Source: a virus (Duplodnaviria > Caudoviricetes). From it: a stretch of DNA of 64,000 bases. The notes under the pieces were generated by a model, which was given only the letters and a program-made list of their open reading frames with translations, did not search any database and was not told the DNA's origin. Shown piece after piece: positions 1-9,269 of this stretch (position 1 is the first letter of the stretch; each line of letters starts with the position of its first letter). The stretch is taken from IMG/VR virus record IMGVR_UViG_3300025769_015023, positions 9,260 through 73,259 of that record. One strand, written 5' to 3'. Both the position numbers and the translations under genes were made by a program.

Positions 1-389
1 ATTGATAAAGCATCTTCATCAGAAACTTCGTTAATCTTCAACAAGCTGTGATCTTTAGCTATAGAGCTTGCTCCAGAATATCCGTTTCTATCACAAAACG
101 TCCACCCCATAATTGGAGAACGCATTACGCACCATACGTTGTCGCAAATCCCATCAAGAAACTCAAACCTAGATTTCATTATTGGAACCTCACGGTTTCC
201 GTGCATTACAACACATGCAATATTATCTGGCGATGACTTTGTTTTACCAAACCCGTCTCCCCATTCTTTTATTATATTGTAGTCTTTAAAATCACCATCG
301 TTTGATTTACAAATATGTCGCAAAAATGCCTCTGGATAATCAGAACTCTTTTCATTAATAGCGGCTAATATGATGTTTTTTTTACTCAT
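1..389 (-). CDS. Hypothetical protein, partial (runs off left edge)
   Basis: ATG at 389-387; frame read by hand and open to position 1 (MSKKNIILAAINEKSSDYPEAF...DEDALS); absent from ORF track because no stop lies in the window. Confidence 0.75.
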   Translation of the reverse strand, partial: MSKKNIILAAINEKSSDYPEAFLRHICKSNDGDFKDYNIIKEWGDGFGKTKSSPDNIACVVMHGNREVPIMKSRFEFLDGICDNVWCVMRSPIMGWTFCDRNGYSGASSIAKDHSLLKINEVSDEDALS

Positions 390-415
390 ATTTCTCCGTT
401 CTTTGATAGCTTATT

Positions 416-610
416 CTACCAATGTCTTATAACATTTGCAATAATAAAAAGACAAGTTACTAAATTTACTATTACAATTATTGTTCTTATTAAAAGACTG
501 TATCCCGCATCTTTATTCGTTAGTATTGGAATATCTGGCTTATCGTCATCAGTCTTTCCAATTCTATGGTCTACAGTTCTAGCCCAAATTAACCAAAGTC
601 TTTTTAGCAT
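416..610 (-). CDS. Small membrane protein
   Basis: 64 aa, C-terminal hydrophobic helix (LLIRTIIVIVNLVTCLFIIANVI); abuts neighbouring genes. Confidence 0.65.
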   Translation of the reverse strand: MLKRLWLIWARTVDHRIGKTDDDKPDIPILTNKDAGYSLLIRTIIVIVNLVTCLFIIANVIRHW

Positions 611-961
611 TTACTCTTTCCAAACTAGCTCGATCAAATCATCACCAAAAAATTGTTGAGTATAGGCAACAGGAGTCTGAAAGTTAAAAGCTCTACAAGT
701 ATAAATATCAACAGAAAAGAAGCAGGGTTTTCTATCGTCCCAAGCATAAATGTGCATACCACTTTCTTTCCAATGAACGTAAGCGCACCAACCATAATCG
801 GGATCATAGTTGCAGAAAGGAGCAGTTACTTCTGTCATGCCTAGTACTTTAGTCATTTCGCGACAGTATCTATCCATGTCATCTGGCTTGAAGGGGTTGT
901 GAAGTGTTCCTTCGATAACGATTCTTTGCCTATCTATATCTGGGGCTAAGTCTTTATACAT
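611..961 (-). CDS. speD: S-adenosylmethionine decarboxylase proenzyme-like
   Basis: WKE-SGMHIYAW matches the E/S autocleavage motif and SVDIYTC matches the conserved D-x-Y-T-C of prokaryotic AdoMetDC; 116 aa. Confidence 0.75.
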   Translation of the reverse strand: MYKDLAPDIDRQRIVIEGTLHNPFKPDDMDRYCREMTKVLGMTEVTAPFCNYDPDYGWCAYVHWKESGMHIYAWDDRKPCFFSVDIYTCRAFNFQTPVAYTQQFFGDDLIELVWKE

Positions 962-1379
962 TTTTTATAAGTTCGCTTTCGAGGTATTTGTCGTAGTTTA
1001 AAGTTAATTCCTCGCCCTTTCCTATATCCTTTAACGGTCTAAAAGAATCATCCTCTTCTTTCCATTCACAATTAGGATCATCAGAATGGTTTAAAAAATA
1101 AGAAACATTGATATTGTTTAGAGAATTAAGCACGAAATAATGAGTATCAGTGGATATGAAAAAGTCATCTAGCATATCCTTAATATTAATATCTAAATGA
1201 GATATCTCTTTTTTATCTATTATTTTTATCTCCTCTTTTAAATCACAACTGCAATCAGGGAATAAGTTTACACCTTTGGGTATAGGCACTACAGCACACA
1301 CTCCAACGCCATGGATTTTAGATGCCTTGATTCTGCAATATGTATGAGAGAAAAAATTAATTATTTGCTTTTTTGTCAT
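954..1379 (-). CDS. SET domain protein
   Basis: SKIHGVGVCA...FLNHSDDPNC...KGEELTLNY: GxG, NHSxxPN and ELxxxY SET motifs. Confidence 0.85.
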   Translation of the reverse strand: MTKKQIINFFSHTYCRIKASKIHGVGVCAVVPIPKGVNLFPDCSCDLKEEIKIIDKKEISHLDINIKDMLDDFFISTDTHYFVLNSLNNINVSYFLNHSDDPNCEWKEEDDSFRPLKDIGKGEELTLNYDKYLESELIKNV

Positions 1380-2067
1380 ACTCTTTTATAAAAGCTGGTG
1401 TTAGAATATTATCAACTAAATAAATTGAGAAATCATTATCACTTTTGAAATGAACTCCTTCTGCTATCCGAGAATCTGCAACCATCTTTGCTTTTTCAAT
1501 TAAGACATCTTGATATTCTGAGTCTATGTGACCGATAACCCTTGCTGCAAAGTAAGCTGCTAGCGTATGGCCGCTTGGGTAAGACGGGGCATTTGCTTCC
1601 CCGTGTTGAATACTCTTGTTATAATCTAGTTCAATTCCATAATAATCTGCTATCTGGTAAGGTCTCGGTCTACCGTAATGCATCTTTAGCTTCATTGCTA
1701 AAACTTCAACATCACCGCCAATTATAAAATCTAACGCTTGTTTGGAAACAGTTTTTCCGCTTAACTCTTCATAGGAATCGATTATGAATTTAGCTGGATC
1801 TTTATCCATCTTTTTAAGGTTTGTCAAGAATTCATCAGAGTGTTGCTGCTCCATAAACGCTTTTACTTCCAATAGCTCTCTTTTAGTATCCTCGCTTGAA
1901 TTGACTGGCGGAGGCATGTCTAAGAGAGGCTTTATGTCGATGTCCATATACTCGAAATCGCTCCTTGAAGTTTTTAAAAAAACTTCTGGAGTGTCTGTAT
2001 ATTTCAATTTATCAAGCTTTTTTGCTTTTATTTGATTGGTGAAATCTAGTTCAAATTCTTCTTTCAT
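1357..2067 (-). CDS. PAP2-superfamily phosphatase / haloperoxidase-like
   Basis: KMHYGRPRP, PSYPSGH and SRIAEGVHF correspond to the three PAP2 motifs. Confidence 0.85.
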   Translation of the reverse strand: MKEEFELDFTNQIKAKKLDKLKYTDTPEVFLKTSRSDFEYMDIDIKPLLDMPPPVNSSEDTKRELLEVKAFMEQQHSDEFLTNLKKMDKDPAKFIIDSYEELSGKTVSKQALDFIIGGDVEVLAMKLKMHYGRPRPYQIADYYGIELDYNKSIQHGEANAPSYPSGHTLAAYFAARVIGHIDSEYQDVLIEKAKMVADSRIAEGVHFKSDNDFSIYLVDNILTPAFIKEYDKKANN

Positions 2068-2078
2068 ATAATACCTTA

Positions 2079-2534
2079 TTACTCGCTCCTACTTTTTACT
2101 ATAGAGTCATAATAATCTTGGTCCCAATAATCGTAATAATTACTCTTTTTGAGTTTATCCGAGTATTTGTTTAGCTCCTTTAAGGGCTGTATTAATATTA
2201 CACTATATTCTTTATTGTTTGTTTCAATATCTCCAATTTTATTTATTTGATCTGGGTGATCCCAAATTAGCCACAAATCCTTTGACTTGGCTTTTTCTTT
2301 ATGTTCATCGCAGAAAGAAGACAGCCATTCTTTGGTAAATTTTTTAGGGCATCCATAGACTAGCCAAAGCATCGGCCTTTCTTTTGATTCTATGCAATTT
2401 AGAGCATCAGACTCCAAGTCGTCTGACTTAATGATCTCAGTTTTATCCAGAAATTTTTTAGCAAACGGACATATTGCATGACCCCCAAGCTCTTTTCTTT
2501 TTAAAGTAATATACTTTATGTAATCATCTATCAT
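2079..2534 (-). CDS. Hypothetical phage protein
   Basis: 151-aa ORF in operon context with a CPFAK motif. Confidence 0.75.
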   Translation of the reverse strand: MIDDYIKYITLKRKELGGHAICPFAKKFLDKTEIIKSDDLESDALNCIESKERPMLWLVYGCPKKFTKEWLSSFCDEHKEKAKSKDLWLIWDHPDQINKIGDIETNNKEYSVILIQPLKELNKYSDKLKKSNYYDYWDQDYYDSIVKSRSE

Positions 2535-3354
2535 CTCTATTTGATATTTCGCTTGGAGAAAAGAATATTTTACGAGTGTGCTTTTCTTCTATTTGCGCTA
2601 GGTCATAAATATTTGTAGTTTTCGTATCGCTTTCGCAAAGAGTTTTATAAGCTAGTTTATCTTTAGACCATTCACTGCCCGTCCACCACTCGAAACCTTG
2701 GTACATAGATTTGTATATACACATATTTTCATAACCACCCCCTAAGTACAGGTAATCTATTCCTAAATCTTTGCACACTTCTATCTCTTTTACGCAGCTA
2801 TATTTACCTAAAAAAATATTTGGTTTATGATAATCCCAGCAAAATTGAATTGATGTCATTGCATTTGCTTGCTCATAAAGTCTACAAATAACGAAAGCGT
2901 GAAGCTTTCCATCTTCTCTATATTCTATAACTCTTTTGAATTCTGGGTCTATAAGTTGATCATCAAAGTATGCACCGTCACTGGTATAAAAATCCGAAAA
3001 AGTGTCTTTAGACTTCTTATACTGATCGCTTTTTGTCTTTATGTAAGTAGAGTATACTTCTCTAAGCTCTTCAATATTACAGTCTTCTAGCCTTTTAACT
3101 TTTGACTCTATACTCTCGCATGGCCGTGTCATTTTTCTTATTTTTTTATTATATTTTAACTCTGAAGTTTTTATTCTTGTTTGCCGTCCTTGATACCAAG
3201 TATCTTTATACTCTAAGCCCTCTAGCTTGGCCCAACCGTTTTCCAATGCGTGTTGTTCTTCCTCTGGCAAAATTTTTTCCGCATACACGCCACAAGCAGC
3301 AATTCCATACACATCAGACATTCTTCCATAAAAATGAGAGAAAAATATTTTCAT
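2524..3354 (-). CDS. Aminoacyl-tRNA-protein transferase (ATE1/Bpt)-like protein
   Basis: C-terminal LGKYSCVKEIEVCKDLGIDYLYLG..Y....YK resembles the ATE_C signature (SLGxxxxLxxIxxAxxxGxxYxYLGY....YK); N-terminal LENGW resembles ATE_N. Confidence 0.65.
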   Translation of the reverse strand: MKIFFSHFYGRMSDVYGIAACGVYAEKILPEEEQHALENGWAKLEGLEYKDTWYQGRQTRIKTSELKYNKKIRKMTRPCESIESKVKRLEDCNIEELREVYSTYIKTKSDQYKKSKDTFSDFYTSDGAYFDDQLIDPEFKRVIEYREDGKLHAFVICRLYEQANAMTSIQFCWDYHKPNIFLGKYSCVKEIEVCKDLGIDYLYLGGGYENMCIYKSMYQGFEWWTGSEWSKDKLAYKTLCESDTKTTNIYDLAQIEEKHTRKIFFSPSEISNRDDR

Positions 3355-3716
3355 TAGCCATCTTCTAAATACTTTTTACTCCAAGCTCTGTTGCATAACT
3401 TTTGCATAACAGCTTCAGCTATCTCAGGTTGCTGGCAGATTAGCCATGCAGCGGTCCAGCGTTTCTCCCACTCCATTCGTTTTTCTTCACTAGGAAAAAC
3501 CTCTGGGTTGCGCTTGTCGAATTGCGGCCTATCATCCACAATTGGCTCAAAGTCAGGATGAACAATGTGCTGCGCTCTTGAGGGAGAGCATCTAATACAT
3601 CTGCGGCGAGACAAAAGCCCAGCGTAAGGCTCATCCCATGCTATACAATGCATGGTGATTGAGCAGTTTTGAGTGGTGACTTCGCAGTCACATTTATCAC
3701 AATATTCTTTAATCAT
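3354..3716 (-). CDS. Hypothetical protein with Cys pairs
   Basis: 120 aa; CDKCDC and CIRC motifs; overlaps neighbours. Confidence 0.7.
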   Translation of the reverse strand: MIKEYCDKCDCEVTTQNCSITMHCIAWDEPYAGLLSRRRCIRCSPSRAQHIVHPDFEPIVDDRPQFDKRNPEVFPSEEKRMEWEKRWTAAWLICQQPEIAEAVMQKLCNRAWSKKYLEDG

Positions 3717-4218
3717 TAATTTTAATTCCGAAATATCTTCTTAAATTCCTAATTTGTTCTATAGTTTTATTTTTGAAAAACTTTTGTCTTAACCATTCGT
3801 TACTATAGTGCGGAGCTTTTTTTATAAAGATGTCTTTTTCTTTTTCAGACCACACGTATTTTTTACCTTTTAGTCCAGAGTACATTTTTCTTGCATTGAT
3901 CTGCTTCGGTGTTTTATTAGGTAAAAACTTTTTATGCAACTCATTCTGGTTGTACTCTTTCCAATTCTCTTTGAGTATTTTAATCTCTTCGTTTGTCCAA
4001 ATTTGATCTCTTTGTGGTCGCTTTATGCCTAATTCTCGTCTTTTTTCACCAACTGTTCTTTGGCTTCTGTTTGGTAATAGTTTAGCTATCTCTCTATCGC
4101 TTTTAGTTTGATAATTATTTAAAATTATATCAATTTCTTTTTTAGACCATTTAAATTTAGCTCTCCACTTTTCAAGTGCAAGCATTCCTTTCAATGGGCG
4201 ATTTCGATTCTTATTCAC
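3709..4218 (-). CDS. Myb/SANT-like tandem repeat DNA-binding protein
   Basis: Three ~47-aa repeats W(S/T)xxExxIxxxxx...N(R/K)(S/T)xxxxxxxxxxxG(I/L)K; very basic. Confidence 0.7.
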   Translation of the reverse strand: MNKNRNRPLKGMLALEKWRAKFKWSKKEIDIILNNYQTKSDREIAKLLPNRSQRTVGEKRRELGIKRPQRDQIWTNEEIKILKENWKEYNQNELHKKFLPNKTPKQINARKMYSGLKGKKYVWSEKEKDIFIKKAPHYSNEWLRQKFFKNKTIEQIRNLRRYFGIKIND

Positions 4219-4385
4219 TGACTAGCTCTAACTCTACCGCTTTTTACTTTTTCAAGCTTCTTCTTACCCAATTGATCTTTTGGGTTGTTTAAAACATGCG
4301 CCTCAAGCTGTTTGATCTTGTTGGCTTTTGTTCTGTCTTTTTGTTTGCCTCTGGAGGGTCTTGTATCTTTTCCTTTTTTAGCCAT
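4215..4385 (-). CDS. Small basic protein (56 aa, not in ORF track)
   Basis: MAKKGKDTRPSRGKQKDRTKANKIKQLEAH...RASQ*; fills the gap and overlaps both neighbours. Confidence 0.65.
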   Translation of the reverse strand: MAKKGKDTRPSRGKQKDRTKANKIKQLEAHVLNNPKDQLGKKKLEKVKSGRVRASQ

Positions 4386-4881
4386 TTTTAATTAATGATT
4401 CTTTTGTTATTTTTTTAGCCTTACTTGATGTAAACCATTTACCTACTGTAACTTTTTTCTTCTCTACGTTTTTATAATTTTTAAAAAAATCTCTTGTAAC
4501 TTCTAACCAATCGTCTTTTAAATCTTTTATATGATTTACAGATTCTATGAAGGTCGGTACTGCAATTATCTTGTAATCTTTTTTTCCATTTTCGGTCATG
4601 TCTAGACCGCCAATTATTTTACATTCTGAAACACATCCAGTTACAAAAGAAAACCTACTATAAATAATAACATCAAGTGGATCTCCATCATCGGCTTTAG
4701 TTTGTGGTACAAAACCATAATTTACTGGATACCTCATCGCGCTTATTAAGCACCTATCTACCTTAAATATATTTAAATTTGGATCATATTCGTATTTTAC
4801 ATTAGTATCTTTAGGTATCTCTACTACGCAATTTACAATGTTTGGAAAATTTACGCCTAAAGGAATGTCAAAATAACTCAT
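4378..4881 (-). CDS. ppa: Inorganic pyrophosphatase (family I)
   Basis: EIPK..VKYEYD, YPVNYGFVPQT, DDGDPLD and DYKIIAV motifs. Confidence 0.95.
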   Translation of the reverse strand: MSYFDIPLGVNFPNIVNCVVEIPKDTNVKYEYDPNLNIFKVDRCLISAMRYPVNYGFVPQTKADDGDPLDVIIYSRFSFVTGCVSECKIIGGLDMTENGKKDYKIIAVPTFIESVNHIKDLKDDWLEVTRDFFKNYKNVEKKKVTVGKWFTSSKAKKITKESLIKNG

Positions 4882-5150
4882 TAATTATTTTTAGTGTTGA
4901 ACTTCTCCGTCAATTTAGAAACATTATTTATTTCAATACCAACAATAGTTCCAACTTCATCAGTATCTAAGGAGACCATGGTCTTATCTTTAATGTCGTG
5001 ATAAAGCAACACTGAGCCAAGCTGTCCTTGGCAGGGAGCTTTCCAGATGTATAGAGTATCTTGTTGCTCATCGTAGGTGATTCTATTACTATCGTCGTAT
5101 GTTGTGTGTTTAGTTTTAATAGCTACAGCAATGTAGGAGTGTTTTAGTCT
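4881..5150 (-). CDS. DUF2283-like small protein lacking a canonical start codon
   Basis: 89 open codons between the TAA of the upstream gene and a TAATG overlap with ppa; RITYDEQQDTLYIW...SLDTDEVGTIVGIEI resembles DUF2283. Confidence 0.5.
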   Translation of the reverse strand, partial: RLKHSYIAVAIKTKHTTYDDSNRITYDEQQDTLYIWKAPCQGQLGSVLLYHDIKDKTMVSLDTDEVGTIVGIEINNVSKLTEKFNTKNN

Positions 5151-5579
5151 TTAAATGGATCTATCTTCTAGGTATAGAGTATTCGTATATGGGCTATGCC
5201 AACCCTCATATAGATTTTTAGCCTCGTAAAACTTGTAACTACCGCAATGCAAATATCCTTTAGATTGGTCCCAGCGAATAATATCATATTTAGATTCTAC
5301 CAAATCGTACTTCCACTGTTTAGAGTGTTCAAAAACTTGTTGAACCGCGTCTTCGATATTATCATATTTATTAGAATCATTGATCCAAAAATCTACATGA
5401 TAGATTTCTTCTAATTCTTTGTCTTTTGGTTGTATTCTGCATTCAATCTGATATTTACCCGTATCATCTTTTGGGTCTGCGTTAAGCAAAAAAGTTAACG
5501 GCATTGATCCCGCTACAGTCTTTACAAAATCTCTTCGATTCATTGGTTTTATGTTAAAAGATTTATAATTTTTGATCAA
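5151..5579 (-). CDS. Hypothetical protein with twin-arginine (Tat)-like leader
   Basis: MNRRDFVKTVAGSMPLTFLL begins at internal Met13. Confidence 0.6.
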   Translation of the reverse strand: MIKNYKSFNIKPMNRRDFVKTVAGSMPLTFLLNADPKDDTGKYQIECRIQPKDKELEEIYHVDFWINDSNKYDNIEDAVQQVFEHSKQWKYDLVESKYDIIRWDQSKGYLHCGSYKFYEAKNLYEGWHSPYTNTLYLEDRSI

Positions 5580-7336
5580 GTGTTATTTTCACTTAATTGT
5601 TTTCTTATTTCAGTTAGTAATCTAGATATATGGGGTATATTGTAGTCTAAGCATTCTGTCGTGTTTGAGGTCTTTACATTTTTATTGTCATGACAATTTA
5701 AATCACCATTTATACATGAGGCGTTGCATTTTAAAGTCTTTTGATTTTGAAAAAAAGGCATGTGAACATATCTAAGCGGGGGTAAATTTATTAGCTCTTC
5801 ACTAGCCTTATACTTTCTTTTACCATCGGGTTCTTCAAAGAACCCACATCTACTTCTGAGTAAAAGGCATTTTTTTCCTAAAGCTATTGAAACATAATAC
5901 CATCCAGAATCTGCGCCAACCACTAAGTCGGAATCGGCCAAAGTCTTAATTATATTTTTAGTGCTGCTATAAGACAACGTAGATAAACCTAGATTATCTC
6001 CAGACACTTTGAAGTCTTCTCCCTCGAAAACTTTTCCGCAGTAACTTACCTTGCAATTAGGAAGTTTTTTGCTAATAAGGCTTACTATCTCTGGGGAAAG
6101 TCTTCTTGAAAAACATGGCGAATTAACGATTGTGATTACAGGATTTTCTCTTGTCGAAAAAGGATATCCAGATAAATTTATATCGGTTTGTTTTTCGCAG
6201 TTAGAAGAATCAAGCTCAGTTGGGAAAGACTTTCTATTTAACTCTACTCTTTCAAACAAGTCTTTTCTTAAATACGTAGCCTCAAAAACTCTTGGAACAG
6301 CCACTCCGTTTATATACACGCACGATTTCTCAAGACCTCTACAGCAATTATTATTGTGTATATGTATTAGTCTGTGAGTTTTGTTTATCTTTTTTAGGCA
6401 ATGCCACCGCTCTTCGAATTTAAAAGCATCATGAAACTCTATAACTATTTGCTTAAACTTTTTAAGTTGGTCGTGGTTTACGCTATTTATCCAGTCGTAC
6501 TCTGACGACCCTACGTCCATTTTAAGAAAAATATTATCATACTTAGATATTAATTCGTGTAGATTAGAAGTGGTTGAAGAGTTATGATTAGAGACGTTTT
6601 TATTTACATAATTAAACTCGTTTAAATATTTAATCGAGAGTGGATTTGCTATGGCTGCGTCGTAGACATAGTTGTTCGCTGTTTTGAATGTATCTTTAAA
6701 ATTTTTTTCAAATTTAATATCATTTCCTATTCCGCACCCAATTAGGCAATCATAATCTAATTTATCAGCTATGACATATCCTCCATCTCTATTATTACCT
6801 AATCTGATTTTATCTTCCCAATTGAAGCACTCTAGGTAACTGATGTCTCTATCGTAGCAATCTCCTATAGAGAGTTTATCTTCGCTCATGCTAAAGCCAT
6901 TTCCTAAATTACGAAGGTTTGTTGTGCTCTTAACATATAAGGCGGAGGGGAAACAATCGATTTTTTTTCGCTGGTCTGGAATACTAGGCAGATAGTTTAA
7001 GTTATGGTCCGTTATGCCACCGCGCCATTGAACCCCAAAGAAAAAAGATTTACTTACATCTATTTTTGATAAAAATGGTTCTTTTAGAATCATCTTTTTT
7101 TTCCAAGCCTTATTTTTATCCTCCGTAGATACTTCAAAATCGTACCCTAGTTTTAAAAATATCAAATCTTTAATCCAAGGAAGCCCTTCTAGAGCGGCTT
7201 TTACGTCTTGCCTATCTTCCATAACGCAAAAATAAATCTTGTAATTTTTTGAAAAATTTTTTGCTAAAGCAGTTTTCTGAACATCTTCGCCTAATCCAGA
7301 TGGCCAGTTTCCAAAAAAATATAAATTATTTTTCAT
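5576..7336 (-). CDS. Multidomain glycan-modifying protein (methyltransferase-like core + GT9-like C-terminus)
   Basis: KIRLGNNRDGGYV / GCGIGNDIKFE / FLKMDV..SEY (FkbM/Methyltransf_22-like) and DLVVGADSG..YVSIALGK (GT9-like). Confidence 0.7.
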   Translation of the reverse strand: MKNNLYFFGNWPSGLGEDVQKTALAKNFSKNYKIYFCVMEDRQDVKAALEGLPWIKDLIFLKLGYDFEVSTEDKNKAWKKKMILKEPFLSKIDVSKSFFFGVQWRGGITDHNLNYLPSIPDQRKKIDCFPSALYVKSTTNLRNLGNGFSMSEDKLSIGDCYDRDISYLECFNWEDKIRLGNNRDGGYVIADKLDYDCLIGCGIGNDIKFEKNFKDTFKTANNYVYDAAIANPLSIKYLNEFNYVNKNVSNHNSSTTSNLHELISKYDNIFLKMDVGSSEYDWINSVNHDQLKKFKQIVIEFHDAFKFEERWHCLKKINKTHRLIHIHNNNCCRGLEKSCVYINGVAVPRVFEATYLRKDLFERVELNRKSFPTELDSSNCEKQTDINLSGYPFSTRENPVITIVNSPCFSRRLSPEIVSLISKKLPNCKVSYCGKVFEGEDFKVSGDNLGLSTLSYSSTKNIIKTLADSDLVVGADSGWYYVSIALGKKCLLLRSRCGFFEEPDGKRKYKASEELINLPPLRYVHMPFFQNQKTLKCNASCINGDLNCHDNKNVKTSNTTECLDYNIPHISRLLTEIRKQLSENNT

Positions 7337-8138
7337 CTAAATATCGATTAAAGTTTATGTAATCTTTATGGTTTAGTAGCTTTAGGTTATTCTCTTCAGA
7401 TATTAACCCTTTATCTAGATAGTATTTGTAGCCTTTGTTGTACGAAACGTTTTTTTTACCAACAGTATCTTTTTTATAGTCGTGGTTGTAAGCTTGCTTT
7501 AAGAAAGCAGCGAAGTTATTTTCGTTGAATTCTTTTACAAAATCTAATTTATCGATGTAACTTGGGGTCTTCCAAAATCTGAAATACTCTGGTTTCGTTA
7601 TCATGCGATTTACAAAAGTATCTAAGTCTGGGTCGTCCCAATCTGGATCTTGGAAATCTTCTTTAATATAAAAATTACCTGCTAATGCTCCGTCTGCTCC
7701 GAGAGCACTGCACCCATGCTTCGCTTTTATTTTAATGGAGTAAAAATACAAAGAACATATTACGTCTCTAGGGTCTCTGACAAACATAAAAGTAAACCAG
7801 TCTTTAGAGTTAAAAGAATCTATCGTATCGTCATCTAAGTTATTGTGGTGACATGTTATGAATTTTAAATTTTCTTTGCTTTTTTTTGATACTTCTAGAA
7901 GCTCGGATTTATTAAAGTCTCTAGGCTGTTCGGAGTAACTTTTAAATAAAAAATCACCCTCGCCTTTGGGAAACTGCTGACCCCACCAATTATTATAAAA
8001 ATGAGGCTTATATTTTTCTATAAAATCTGTTTTTACGAAAATCTCTTCAACTAAATAAACGTTTAGATAACTCCCAGCGGCTTTTCCAAAATGTATAAAA
8101 AAACAATCTTTTGGATAATTATGGTTATTAGAGCTCAT
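7326..8138 (-). CDS. Sulfotransferase-domain protein
   Basis: FFIHFGKAAGSY (5'-PSB loop) and FVRDPRDVICSLY (3'-PB motif). Confidence 0.75.
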   Translation of the reverse strand: MSSNNHNYPKDCFFIHFGKAAGSYLNVYLVEEIFVKTDFIEKYKPHFYNNWWGQQFPKGEGDFLFKSYSEQPRDFNKSELLEVSKKSKENLKFITCHHNNLDDDTIDSFNSKDWFTFMFVRDPRDVICSLYFYSIKIKAKHGCSALGADGALAGNFYIKEDFQDPDWDDPDLDTFVNRMITKPEYFRFWKTPSYIDKLDFVKEFNENNFAAFLKQAYNHDYKKDTVGKKNVSYNKGYKYYLDKGLISEENNLKLLNHKDYINFNRYLDEK

Positions 8139-8952
8139 CTTTGTTTAAAAAATCCACAAAAGGTAAAAACCATTCTAAATGTCTAGAGTCTGAAATGCAG
8201 ACCTTTGGGAACGACCTAAACTTGTCATTCTTCTTTAACCAATGTTGTTTTGATTTTATTCTTAAATGTAAAAACCATGCTTTTTCAAAAGTTTTTTCTT
8301 TGGGGTTGGTGAGTATGAGTTTTTCGCCCTCTTCGTTAAACTCCATCGTTCTATAAATACTATCAGCACCAATTACTCGAAGATTTTTTTTAAAGCTATA
8401 ATGTGATTGTTGCATAAAATCATAACTTATATCCTCTACTTTTCCTATACATTTTACTATGTTAGTACGATTGCCAAAAGTATATGCGAACGCAGGATGG
8501 GCTATATTTTTTAGATCAGCGTCAAACTTCCCTATCATATTAAACCAATTTAATGCTAATGGGGCTAGATTGGCCAAATTTAGAACCTCTGGGTCTTCAA
8601 CGAAAAGAAATTCGTCGCAATTACAAAGCAGCATGTATTTTTCTTTAGAATTTTCTTTTACCCACTTTTTAAGCTCGGATAAACAAATACAAAAATCTTC
8701 GCTCTTATCAAGCCTGATGACTGTGTTGGGAATGTTAAACTGACTGTTATTATCTAGGATATATATGTTTTCTACGCCTAGAAACTTATACCAGTTTATA
8801 AAGTCTAAAACGTCATTTTCGACTACGCTTTTACTTTGATAAGCTACAGTACAAACGCAGCAATCCTTCATGAAGGATCTAATTGAAGCTATTTTTTTTT
8901 CTATATCCTCTATTCTCACCCTTAACCCTACACTAAGAAAAGAGAATATCAA
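8128..8952 (-). CDS. Glycosyltransferase family 2/92-like protein (paralog of 27168..28043)
   Basis: WYKFLGVENIYILDNN, CNCDEFL, PLALNW, VKCIGKV and WFLHLR are shared with 27168..28043; TTG start. Confidence 0.7.
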   Translation of the reverse strand: MIFSFLSVGLRVRIEDIEKKIASIRSFMKDCCVCTVAYQSKSVVENDVLDFINWYKFLGVENIYILDNNSQFNIPNTVIRLDKSEDFCICLSELKKWVKENSKEKYMLLCNCDEFLFVEDPEVLNLANLAPLALNWFNMIGKFDADLKNIAHPAFAYTFGNRTNIVKCIGKVEDISYDFMQQSHYSFKKNLRVIGADSIYRTMEFNEEGEKLILTNPKEKTFEKAWFLHLRIKSKQHWLKKNDKFRSFPKVCISDSRHLEWFLPFVDFLNKDEL

Positions 8953-8982
8953 GTTTCGGTTATATTTTTTAAATAATTAAAT

Positions 8983-9267
8983 TTAAACAGTATACATCCC
9001 AGTGAAGGTTAAGGGTCTAAATCCAGCGTCTTGTACATCTGTATTAGTTGGAGTTAAACCAAATTGATCTAATTTTCTATAATACTCTCTACCAATGTGG
9101 TTTTGTAGTTCGGCTCTATCTGGAGCTAAACCAGTGTTAAAAAAACCAGTCATTTGACTTTGGTAGGAATCATCACCTGCTCCAGTAGCCATGAAATCAC
9201 CAGAGATTTGACTCTGATGCATAACGCTTTGAAGATCGTTAAAATTATTAAAGCCAGTTAAGGGCAT
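8983..9267 (-). CDS. Hypothetical protein, possibly virion-associated
   Basis: 94 aa, Gly/Thr/Asp-rich; co-transcribed downstream of a GTGTAA-motif gene. Confidence 0.7.
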   Translation of the reverse strand: MPLTGFNNFNDLQSVMHQSQISGDFMATGAGDDSYQSQMTGFFNTGLAPDRAELQNHIGREYYRKLDQFGLTPTNTDVQDAGFRPLTFTGMYTV

Positions 9268-9269
9268 TT

